Assembly: GCA_963787205.1 (NCBI GenBank)
Contig: CAWBCD010000021.1
Coordinates: forward strand, 92,714-156,713
Length of the DNA: 64,000 bases
Direction: 5' to 3'
From: an uncultured bacterium
GTDB lineage: Bacteria; Bacteroidota; Rhodothermia; Balneolales; DATFMH01
Part shown: positions 50,187-58,222 of the stretch, piece by piece
How the letters are laid out: every line of letters starts with the position of its first letter
How positions within the stretch are numbered: position 1 is the first letter of the stretch
Program-made: the position numbers and the translations under genes
Notes under the pieces: model-generated
What the model was told of the DNA's origin: nothing
Seen by the model: only the letters and a program-made list of their open reading frames with translations
Database searches by the model: none

Positions 50187-51053
50187 TTAATACTTATAGA
50201 TCACATGCATTCTTGATACATCCGATAGTTTTATTCTGTCATTGCCGGTGCCTTCATACGACTTTATCGTATTGGAAAAGCGAAATTCATACACTTTTAA
50301 TGTGTTTGGGTCGAGTCTCACACTGCCTTTTATCATTTGTCCTCTAAAATTTCCTGTGTCCACCGGTTTAGAATGGGCTACCAAATCAGCGGTTTTGGTA
50401 TAGTATTTTTGGTATTGATTTTTATTTGGGATATATGTGAAATGCACGATCAGTGGTTTTCGGGGACCGCTGCCACGGGAGAATGTGATGTTCTGCGCAT
50501 ACAAAACCGAGTCGCCCGTTGTCTGCCTGATATAAACGCTGTCTTTCCATGTCTCCCCAACGCGGGCGGTTCGCCCGATAATCTGGCCAATGGTAAACCA
50601 GTATCTGGTTCTTTCCCTTGCCCTTAGCATGTTTCGAAAAAGAGTCGCCTTGTTAGCAGGTAGATTCTTCAGTTGTCCTTCCAGGATTTCGGGCAATTCA
50701 ATACTCCTCAGTTTACCGTCCGGATCTAAATGGTAGGTAACGGTTGCCGTCTTTAAATCGGCTTCGCTCACATTCATTTTTTTATCAAACATTTTGGGAG
50801 ACGGCGTATATAAGAAAAGGTATCCGGATTGATTTTTCCTTGCATCAACATCAATAATCTGGGTCTTATTGGTGATGGTTGAAGGATCGGGTTTCGTGTC
50901 AAATAGGTAGTATGCGCTGTAGATCGAATCGATTTCCGTGTAGGAAATATTTGATGGGAGATTGAGCCTGAAATGATACTGCTGTGCCAGCAAATGGCCG
51001 GGAAGGATAGCGACCGTGATTGTGGCACAGAAAAAGATAACAAAGTGTCTCAT
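50187..51053 (-). CDS. Secreted hypothetical protein
   Basis: 288 aa with a signal peptide (MRHFVIFFCATITVAILPGHLLAQ) and no recognised domain. Confidence 0.5.
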   Translation of the reverse strand: MRHFVIFFCATITVAILPGHLLAQQYHFRLNLPSNISYTEIDSIYSAYYLFDTKPDPSTITNKTQIIDVDARKNQSGYLFLYTPSPKMFDKKMNVSEADLKTATVTYHLDPDGKLRSIELPEILEGQLKNLPANKATLFRNMLRARERTRYWFTIGQIIGRTARVGETWKDSVYIRQTTGDSVLYAQNITFSRGSGPRKPLIVHFTYIPNKNQYQKYYTKTADLVAHSKPVDTGNFRGQMIKGSVRLDPNTLKVYEFRFSNTIKSYEGTGNDRIKLSDVSRMHVIYKY

Positions 51054-51357
51054 TCCAGGGATGTTGTATTGTTATTGAAATCCAGCAAAGAATATAATCG
51101 GCCGGTATGTCAGGTGCGAATTAACATTTACCAGTTAGACGTACCGGATATCTTCATTCTCGTGTTATGGCTATACCGATTTTCAGCTCACAATTTAGCA
51201 GGATTAGGATGCGCTACAAGCGGCAGGTCAAAAATTTGACTCGGATACAGCTCCACCCGTCCCGTAGGGACCAAATATTGGTAGATCTAAGACAAACCCT
51301 CTGTTAGCGTGCCGTCAGGTACGCAATATGGTCAGAGAACTCAGTGAGACCCCGGCA

Positions 51358-51430
51358 AACCCTGTGGTTCCTCTAAATGCCCGGAATAGAAACCACAGGG
51401 TTCACAAAGAATTCACAAAGCCCACAGAAG
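51358..51430. repeat. 12-bp perfect hairpin followed by tandem CACAAAG-type heptamers
   Basis: AACCCTGTGGTT-(21 nt)-AACCACAGGGTT, then CACAAAGaattCACAAAGccCACAGAAG. Confidence 0.6.
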
Positions 51431-51492
51431 ATAAAAACCCACATCAAGGATATGCCTGAAAGATTTAGAACCGGTTTAACCGGCTTATTTTT

Positions 51493-52047
51493 TCAAACTA
51501 TCGTACCGGCCCGGTGATGGTAGATAACCTTTATCGACGAGGATATGACCCAGACGGTCATAAAAACCCTGATCCGTTCGGAGTGACTGTAGCCCAACCC
51601 ATCTACATAGCGATTGTACAGGCTGAAGAGTGCGGCAATCAGAACCGTGTCGTGCAGTTCCATGTCCGTGGCTCCGTGTTCACGCGCCCGCTCAACCATT
51701 TCGGGTGTGACCAACCTCCCATTTTTCTGAACGGCCCGTGCGATGGTGAGAAGAGCCTTCATTTTCTCACTGACCGGAGCACTTTCCAAATCCTCTTTTA
51801 CTTTATCCGTGGTATGGTGGTCTTCGAGCAGCATATCGGCTGTGGTCGAATGAGCCGCATTGCAAAAGTTGCATTCATTGCCGTGCGAGACAACCGAAGC
51901 AATCAGCTCCCGCTCGCCTTCCGTAAGGGTCGACTCTCCGCGCAGAAGGATATGAGTCAGTTGCCTGATAGGCAGGGCGGTGTCCTTCCGGTAATCTAGC
52001 AAACCGGTGACGCCGGGCAGTTCTTCTTTTAGTGGGATGTAGGGCAT
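51493..52047 (-). CDS. Carboxymuconolactone-decarboxylase/AhpD-like peroxidase-related enzyme (probable frameshift near 3' end)
   Basis: 184-aa ORF with the CxxC..H-type motif ECNFCNAAH. After ...YNRYVDGLG the tail looks non-native. An alternative frame reads ...TDQGFYDRLGHILVDKGYLPSPGRYDSLKK* and ends at 51486. Confidence 0.7.
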   Translation of the reverse strand: MPYIPLKEELPGVTGLLDYRKDTALPIRQLTHILLRGESTLTEGERELIASVVSHGNECNFCNAAHSTTADMLLEDHHTTDKVKEDLESAPVSEKMKALLTIARAVQKNGRLVTPEMVERAREHGATDMELHDTVLIAALFSLYNRYVDGLGYSHSERIRVFMTVWVISSSIKVIYHHRAGTIV

Positions 52048-52144
52048 GGTGGGTACCTGTTTGTTTTGTGTGAAGTTAAAACCTGGAAAAGACTGTTAAT
52101 TTTTTGCTTAGGAGATAGGTAAGAAAGTTAAATGGATAAAGCAA

Positions 52145-53401
52145 TTAATCTACATTCATTCCAATTAGTCTCCAAAACTCCGGTTCGGCCAGGATTTTTA
52201 AACCATATTCCCGGGCCTTTTTGGCTTTACCAGACATGGTATTAGGGTTTGAAGCAACGAGATAATCTAATTTCTTCGATACGCTCTTTTTGATAATCAT
52301 GCCATGTTGTTGGGCTACCTTCTGAGCCAATGATCTCTCTACAATCTTTCCATTAATTCTGGATTGAAGTTGTCCCGTAAAACAAATTGATTTTCCTTCG
52401 ACCATATTATTGAAATGGAATTTATTGTTTGAAACAATTTCACCCGTCCTTGCGGTTGCAATAAGAGTTCCAATTTCGGATTGTTTAAGACCGAGTAATT
52501 GAGTTAAATCCTTAAGATCTTTCATTTCGAATTCAGAAATTTTACCGTCCAAGAGATAGACCTTAATTACTTCAGTTAAATACTGTTTATGTAATTCGAC
52601 AATTTGATCTCTTGATAGTCGGAACTCTTCAACCAATTCTTCAAGCTTAATTAATTCAGTGCGGGTAATAATCCGATCCGCCAGAATTTCAATAAGAGTG
52701 TCCAGATATTGTTTCGAGTTTTCGTCCCCGGTAATCGAATCAGTCGGTAGCCTTTTAATGAAATCCTGAAGTTTGGTTTTCTCTTTTTGGGATTCATTAA
52801 ACGCCTCACTTCTCCTGTATTCAATTCTCTTCTGAGGTCTTATCCTTTGGGTTTTGAATGAAACAGGGTTTACATATTGTTGTTCAAAATTTCTGACTCC
52901 GAAATGACTTAAAAATTCATTCTTTAATTTTATAAATAATTTTGTCGTAGCCAGAGCATCAGATAGGGCCTCATGGGAATTATTTGTTTCTATATCGTAA
53001 TACTCGCATAAAACATCAAGTCTTCTGCCTGAAAGACTTGTGTCAACCGTTCTGGAAAGTTTAATAGTACAAATTCCATCCAATTTTCTCTCCTGATCTA
53101 CAAGTTCGTTCTCAAGAAATCTCAGATCAAAAGATGCATTATGCGCAACGAGGGTTGAACCATTCAAAAATGATTTTACAAAATGTTTTACCTCCTTAAA
53201 TGGAGGTGCATGTTTAACAAGTCCCGGTTCAATTCCATGAACATAATAGTTTGATATATCACGTTCAGGGTTTATCAGCGTACTATACCGATCAATTATT
53301 TTATCATTTTCATCGATCTTGACGATGCCGATCTCTATTATTTTATCTCCTCTGAGCGGGGAAAATCCGGTCGTCTCCAGATCAAAAATACTGAACATCA
53401 T
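52145..53401 (-). CDS. DEDDh (DnaQ-like) 3'-5' exonuclease fused to a helical middle region and a C-terminal BRCT domain
   Basis: 418 aa. Exo motifs FDLETTG, AHNASFD and HEALSDA. The C-terminus GKSICFTGQL...LDYLVASNPNTMSGKAKKAREYGLKILAEPEFW is BRCT-like. Confidence 0.8.
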   Translation of the reverse strand: MMFSIFDLETTGFSPLRGDKIIEIGIVKIDENDKIIDRYSTLINPERDISNYYVHGIEPGLVKHAPPFKEVKHFVKSFLNGSTLVAHNASFDLRFLENELVDQERKLDGICTIKLSRTVDTSLSGRRLDVLCEYYDIETNNSHEALSDALATTKLFIKLKNEFLSHFGVRNFEQQYVNPVSFKTQRIRPQKRIEYRRSEAFNESQKEKTKLQDFIKRLPTDSITGDENSKQYLDTLIEILADRIITRTELIKLEELVEEFRLSRDQIVELHKQYLTEVIKVYLLDGKISEFEMKDLKDLTQLLGLKQSEIGTLIATARTGEIVSNNKFHFNNMVEGKSICFTGQLQSRINGKIVERSLAQKVAQQHGMIIKKSVSKKLDYLVASNPNTMSGKAKKAREYGLKILAEPEFWRLIGMNVD

Positions 53402-53772
53402 TTTTCTTGTGAATCACTAAATCCTTCCGAATTATTAATAAAATTGACTTTCGTCTCCGTCTTCGAACAGATAAGTATGCATTCTTTAGATAAATCAATA
53501 TCCAAATCTTCTCCTCTTAAACCTTGCCATTGTGCTAGGTATTGAAATGTGCCGATTTTATTTGCAATCTTTTTAGTGACTCCGCCTTTCCATCCCAAAA
53601 CAGGAAGTTCACCTTTCTTCGCACGTTCTGCCAACCCCGGTTCAGACTCACTTAATTTTCGCCCAACCTCCCAGCAGGTGATCAATCCCTTATCAGGACC
53701 TCTCCATCGTTCAGCGAATGTCAAATGTTCTCTAATAGGTTCGCGAATAGATCTGTAGATATGTTCCCTCAT
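53398..53772 (-). CDS. Hypothetical 124-aa protein translationally coupled to the exonuclease-BRCT gene
   Basis: ATGA stop/start overlap with the downstream gene. No recognisable motif. Confidence 0.55.
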   Translation of the reverse strand: MREHIYRSIREPIREHLTFAERWRGPDKGLITCWEVGRKLSESEPGLAERAKKGELPVLGWKGGVTKKIANKIGTFQYLAQWQGLRGEDLDIDLSKECILICSKTETKVNFINNSEGFSDSQEK

Positions 53773-53876
53773 GAATATTCCTCAAATTTTTGCCCAACGG
53801 TCCAGCGAATACACTGCGCCGGTTTGAAATATAAGTTAGTAGAATGAGCGGCAATTACAAGAGCCATTCTGAGGCA

Positions 53877-54210
53877 CTAAAGACATTTAGTCTCAATGAA
53901 AAGATGGTTTGGGTTGATCCCGAGGAGTCGTTGCGTTTGTATTAAGAAACTATTTTTGAACTTGAAAAGATTGCTGCTGAGTGCAAAACGAGATCCTACT
54001 TTTTCCCGCCACGGCGGGAAAAAATCAGGATGACATCTTTTGTTTGTGTTTGGTATGGGGTTGGTCCTCAATGCTCAGGCAAATCTCCAGGCTTGGGTCG
54101 TAGTCGATCTCCACTTTGAGTTGCTGTGAATCAGTTGTACAACACCTCCTTATACATATGTCCGGGTAAACAGATAAATCCACAGTACGGCGGTTGACTT
54201 TAGGTTTCAT
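53877..54210 (-). pseudogene. Second, heavily degraded Y1-transposase remnant (same family as 32473-33093)
   Basis: Minus-strand frames give, in family order: MKPK...DICIRR...SLEI (61-aa ORF 54025-54210), then KDVILIFSRRGGKK*DLV at the HUH position, then FKFKNSFLI and GINPN. Nucleotide strings GATGTCATCCTGA and GATCTCGTT are shared with the plus-strand copy. Confidence 0.4.
53989..54065. repeat. Hairpin-containing element, locus B (homologous to 32763-32826)
   Basis: cGAGATCCTACtttttcccgcc-ac-ggcgggaaaAAATCAGGATGACATCTTTtgtttg, with an 11-bp perfect stem. Confidence 0.7.
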
Positions 54211-54428
54211 AGACTTGCGTCTTCAGTTTGGGATTCGGAGGGATTCATGCGGCTTCGGATTGCCTGAAGATCGTCTTTTATCCCGGCAAGCCCATAGATG
54301 ACCCCTCCCAAAAAGAGTGCAAAGCTTATTGCCCCCAAACCAGCGGCCAGATTAAGCTTGCCTGTAATCATAAGTATGACCTCGAGCACGCCGGCCGCAA
54401 AAAAGAGTATGGATAGGATTCGTAACAT
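54207..54428 (-). CDS. Small two-TM membrane protein
   Basis: 73 aa with two hydrophobic helices followed by an acidic tail. Confidence 0.45.
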   Translation of the reverse strand: MLRILSILFFAAGVLEVILMITGKLNLAAGLGAISFALFLGGVIYGLAGIKDDLQAIRSRMNPSESQTEDASL

Positions 54429-54659
54429 GGTTACCTCCGTTCCAATGGTGAGAGAAAATTTCGTTATTGTCGTTTATACGTCATAGGGGGTAACTGGGTT
54501 TCTCTGCCTGTAAGGTGCGTGTGAGGCATGCTGAAGCTATGACTTGTATTGTGCCCGTGATCCTTTGAAAAGGGATTCCCACGGATGCAAAACGATAGTT
54601 GGTGCACAGATTCCCAATCGGGGCAGGCCTAGTGTTACCAGTGCCGGATTGCTTTTCGG

Positions 54660-55262
54660 TTATTTTTTAGCGCAGTCGGCACATACCTTTTTATCACCTT
54701 TAATGCGTCCGTATTCCATAACGGTCATTTCGCCGCACTCCTCGCAGACAAAACTGTTAAAGCTGTGAGGCACTTCCTGATAGTTGTAGTCGAACACGTC
54801 CGATATATTCAACAGTTGGTCTTCTGTCGTGCTCATCACTTTGGTTACGAGCGGGTTAATAACATCATCCGGTACCTGGCCGGCCAGGATGCCTTTCTCA
54901 CGGTATTTCTTGAAGAAATCGGTCTGTTTGTTAGCCAGCATTATTTCGGCTTTGGGAGTCACACGGACGGCTTTGTTCCTCTTCTTATCGATGAGAGTTA
55001 CGGCCCATTTACCCTTTTGGGTTTTGCGGATATTTCCCTTGCCGAAGGTAGTCCCCCTTATCACCTGCAGACCATCAGCATAGCAGGTTGCACAGTGATG
55101 ATCCCCAATATCGACAATGGCCACCAGTTGTCCGTCTCCGGCTCGTTCGACACCGAGTTTATTCATAGCCGCAGCGCCTGCCCGTAAACCTAAAGGCATG
55201 GCAGGACATTTATGACCGTGAAATTTTTGGCCGAATTCCAGCCAATCCTGTGGATTAACCAT
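54660..55262 (-). CDS. FmdE-domain protein with C-terminal zinc ribbon (copy 2)
   Basis: The track ORF extends to 55355. ATG 55262 (MVNPQDW) follows GGAGGA. FHGHKCPAMPLGLRAG is the FmdE N-terminal motif. C-terminal CEECGE...CADC. Confidence 0.8.
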   Translation of the reverse strand: MVNPQDWLEFGQKFHGHKCPAMPLGLRAGAAAMNKLGVERAGDGQLVAIVDIGDHHCATCYADGLQVIRGTTFGKGNIRKTQKGKWAVTLIDKKRNKAVRVTPKAEIMLANKQTDFFKKYREKGILAGQVPDDVINPLVTKVMSTTEDQLLNISDVFDYNYQEVPHSFNSFVCEECGEMTVMEYGRIKGDKKVCADCAKK

Positions 55263-55275
55263 TTTGTTCCTCCTG

Positions 55276-56319
55276 TTATTGATTAAAAAAATATTGGATT
55301 TGTACTGTTGTAAGTGAATACGTTTTATGAGTTGTAAACTGAAATTTATCATCAAAAGAAAATTTGATATCGCTTCCTTTCAGCTTGTAGGAATATCCTA
55401 TCGTATACCACGGATCATCGATGGTTGATGGATTTAAATCGTGCAATTGTTCAAGAGAAAGGATGATCAAATTCTTGGGCGTTATGCTATAATGAGTCAG
55501 GGTATAGTATCCCCAGGCTTTTCGTTTCTTCAGATATGCTTCTAAAATTTCCGTCTGAAATTCAAATTTTGATAGTTTTAACCTGGCATCGAAACCATAT
55601 CTGAAATCATCCCCGGAAAAGGTGTCGGTATTCCCAAAAATTTTGGAGAATTTTAGCTCATTATCATTGCGGTAGGCAACCGAGTACCCGATGCGGAAAT
55701 CGGTCGATTTATTTTTCAGGTTTATAAACCCGCGATTTATATAAAGGAAATTCTTTTTGTCAGATACCGAATTCGCGCCGTTCCCGTTAAACAGTCCAAT
55801 GCTGATTCCACCAAAAGGGAAATTATATATCACTTCGGCTCCGATATCCCGTCCCATCGTTTCGGCTGTAGGTAGCAGGGCATTTATCACATCAGCTCTT
55901 TCGGTCAGAGGGATAAGGTAATCCGGTTGCTTTCTCTGTAAGCTGAAATCAGGAACAAATTGGCCTGCGGTTATGGCAAATCTGTCTGCTTTGTAATCGA
56001 TGAAAACATCCTGAAGCTGGAACATAAAATTTTGTTTGTTACAGAAAATGGATTGTAATTTGAATCCCCACTTATCTGATCCGAATGGTAATTGTCCATC
56101 CATCCAAAGCTTGGCACGCCGGATGGAAAAGCCGGCCTGATCCGAATAATTATCCGAAAAGCGGTATTGAAGATACCCGTTCCAATTAACCTTTTGCTGA
56201 GCAAAGGAAACGGAACGTATGCCAAGCAAAAATGCAAAAACAAAAAGGGAAGAAAATAAAGCTCTGAAGTAACGCAGAGGGTCACGGAGATGATACCCAC
56301 AAATCATAAAACACCCCAT
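55276..56319 (-). CDS. Outer-membrane porin (O/P-type-like beta-barrel)
   Basis: 347 aa with a signal peptide ending SFAQQ, alternating strands and a terminal aromatic (YFFNQ). The exact start is uncertain. Confidence 0.6.
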   Translation of the reverse strand: MGCFMICGYHLRDPLRYFRALFSSLFVFAFLLGIRSVSFAQQKVNWNGYLQYRFSDNYSDQAGFSIRRAKLWMDGQLPFGSDKWGFKLQSIFCNKQNFMFQLQDVFIDYKADRFAITAGQFVPDFSLQRKQPDYLIPLTERADVINALLPTAETMGRDIGAEVIYNFPFGGISIGLFNGNGANSVSDKKNFLYINRGFINLKNKSTDFRIGYSVAYRNDNELKFSKIFGNTDTFSGDDFRYGFDARLKLSKFEFQTEILEAYLKKRKAWGYYTLTHYSITPKNLIILSLEQLHDLNPSTIDDPWYTIGYSYKLKGSDIKFSFDDKFQFTTHKTYSLTTVQIQYFFNQ

Positions 56320-57053
56320 ACCAACTTTACAGCTATTACAAACAGGACTACCGCAAAAACCTGTTTCACCCTGTTTGATTTTGCCCTGGTAACCATGAAA
56401 TTACTTCCCAGAAATGCCCCGATAACAACAGCAACGGTTAGCACTACTGTCAGGGTCCAGTTGAAATGGCCCTGGGCAACATGACCAAGAAATCCGGAAA
56501 ATGAAGAGAAGGTAACGGCAAGTGCCGAAGTGGCGGCTGCTTTTTTAGTTTCGTATCCCATCCACATCAGAAGAGGGGCCATAATAAACCCTCCGCCTAT
56601 ACCCAGGAGGCCGGCTACAAAACCTGCGAAACTGCCTATGATTGCTCCTGTAATTACCTGTTTTTTAAATGGCATCATTTCTTTTGGCTCGGGCCGCCGC
56701 GACATGAGCAACATTCTGCCGGCGGCGACGAAAACAGCCATTGAGAAAAAGATCAAGAGTATATTTACCGGCAGCTTATCCGACACAAGCGCTCCGAGGG
56801 GAGCAAATACGAATGCAAAAATCGTCATCGCCAACCCGCCTTTGATGTCAACCAACTTATTCCTGAAATAGGCAATAAGAGCTATCAGGGTTGTAAAACC
56901 GTTCAGTAACAGAGCTAGCGGGATGGCTACCTCTTTAACTGAAAAACCTGCCCATTTGAGAACGGGCACGTAAATCAGAGCTCCGCCCAGGCCCAGCATC
57001 GAGAACAGGAAGGAGGCCGCAAGAATTATTATGGCTACGATCGTGTATAACAT
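56304..57053 (-). CDS. TauE/SafE (DUF81) family anion exporter-like membrane protein
   Basis: 249 aa with about 8 TM helices and the internal duplication typical of the 4-TM+4-TM TauE family (GLGGALIYVP / GIGGGFIMAP). Confidence 0.8.
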   Translation of the reverse strand: MLYTIVAIIILAASFLFSMLGLGGALIYVPVLKWAGFSVKEVAIPLALLLNGFTTLIALIAYFRNKLVDIKGGLAMTIFAFVFAPLGALVSDKLPVNILLIFFSMAVFVAAGRMLLMSRRPEPKEMMPFKKQVITGAIIGSFAGFVAGLLGIGGGFIMAPLLMWMGYETKKAAATSALAVTFSSFSGFLGHVAQGHFNWTLTVVLTVAVVIGAFLGSNFMVTRAKSNRVKQVFAVVLFVIAVKLVWGVL

Positions 57054-57061
57054 GTTACTCT

Positions 57062-57703
57062 CTACTTAATACCCGGCAGATGAATTACCGTCTCATCTGC
57101 TGTTCTTTCCGAACAAGAAATACAAACCTTCTTGCCATCCTTAACACGCAGGTATCTCTCGAACACATATTCCCCGCATACTTCACACTTTGCCTTGTTG
57201 AAAGAACCTTTAACCGGTGTGTACTTGAAATCGGGGAGAACCGTTACATTGAATAGTTCCTCATCCGTTGCGTCTAAGACGATATCAATAATATCTTTTC
57301 TGATTCCTTCGGGAATTTCACTCGGCTCTATTCCTTGTTTGCGGTATTTGAAGAATTCGTGGGGGGCAAGCCTATCCTGGAATTCATTTTTCAATGCAAT
57401 CCTTGCCGCATCTTTCTTTCCGGGATACCAAAAGATGGCTGCTACTTTGCCATAGTTTAATTTTTCGATCATTCCTTTGCCAAAAGTGGCACCGGTTGCC
57501 GACATAATGCCGTCTTGCATGCAACCTTGTGGATGGCCGATACCCATTTCTGAGAACACGTGCATCTCGTGATTATGACTTTTTTCAACGCCCAATCTTT
57601 CAAGTGCCAGCGTTCCCATCCGGTAGCCAATCGGCATAAAAGGGCATCGATGACCGTGAAATTCAAAGGTCCATTCCGGTAAATCGAATTTTGTTTTTTT
57701 CAT
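57062..57703 (-). CDS. FmdE-domain protein with C-terminal zinc ribbon (copy 1)
   Basis: 213 aa. FHGHRCPFMPIGYRMG. C-terminal CEVCGE...CISC. Confidence 0.8.
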   Translation of the reverse strand: MKKTKFDLPEWTFEFHGHRCPFMPIGYRMGTLALERLGVEKSHNHEMHVFSEMGIGHPQGCMQDGIMSATGATFGKGMIEKLNYGKVAAIFWYPGKKDAARIALKNEFQDRLAPHEFFKYRKQGIEPSEIPEGIRKDIIDIVLDATDEELFNVTVLPDFKYTPVKGSFNKAKCEVCGEYVFERYLRVKDGKKVCISCSERTADETVIHLPGIK

Positions 57704-57721
57704 TGTTATTTCTCCTTATTA

Positions 57722-57741
57722 TTAAGTAATCATTTACTTAC
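57722..57741. promoter_or_regulatory. Palindromic box copy 1 (tTAAGTAA-TCAT-TTACTTAC), 18 nt upstream of the FmdE start codon
   Basis: The 19-nt core TAAGTAATCATTTACTTAC is identical to the copies at 58870-58888 and 59230-59248. Confidence 0.6.
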
Positions 57742-57820
57742 AATAGTGGATAAATTTTTTTACTTATCCTCTTTTACGATACGTTCAACAAAATGCCCTG
57801 TACGGGTATATATTTTCAGA

Positions 57821-58033
57821 TTAGTTTTTTTCAATATTTGTTTCTTGTCGAATATCATTCCATTCTTGTTCCAATGCGCACAATTCATCCAGTACATCAT
57901 ACTCATTCATCTTTTGGGTAAACCAGACGATATAGGAAACAAGAGTATCCTTATCAAAAGCCATCAGGTCGGTATGTTGACGGATTTCCTTCCGGATGGT
58001 TTTCCAATCTAAATTAAGAACGGAGTTTTTCAT
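57821..58033 (-). CDS. Hypothetical 70-aa protein
   Basis: Small acidic ORF between a beta-barrel gene and box copy 1. Confidence 0.4.
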   Translation of the reverse strand: MKNSVLNLDWKTIRKEIRQHTDLMAFDKDTLVSYIVWFTQKMNEYDVLDELCALEQEWNDIRQETNIEKN

Positions 58034-58222
58034 TTTGTTCCTCCTTCCAGGCTCTTATAATCGAATATGGAGAATAAGAGCAATGATGATTATTATTAGT
58101 ACCAACTTATTGATTTGTTGAATTTTTGCATGTAAACCTTCTGAAAGTCCATTGGGGAAAAGGAGTTGGTGACTCGATCACCAACTCCTTTTCGATTGTT
58201 AGCAGCTCCTGCCTTTCCGGGC

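Noticed and set aside
53773-54206. Idea that the conserved hairpin element upstream of the 124-aa/exonuclease operon is a dedicated 5' leader ncRNA (retron- or riboswitch-like) for that cassette.
   Set aside because: No reverse transcriptase is present. Frameshift-tolerant reading of the minus strand instead resembles a decayed copy of the Y1 transposase. The other copy of the element lies inside the first transposase pseudogene, not next to a similar operon.
54025-54210. 61-aa ORF with an ATGA overlap to the upstream 73-aa membrane gene, as a genuine coupled small gene.
   Set aside because: Its sequence aligns in order with the N-terminal landmarks of the Y1 transposase family, and it terminates inside the shared repeat. 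It is more likely a pseudogene fragment.
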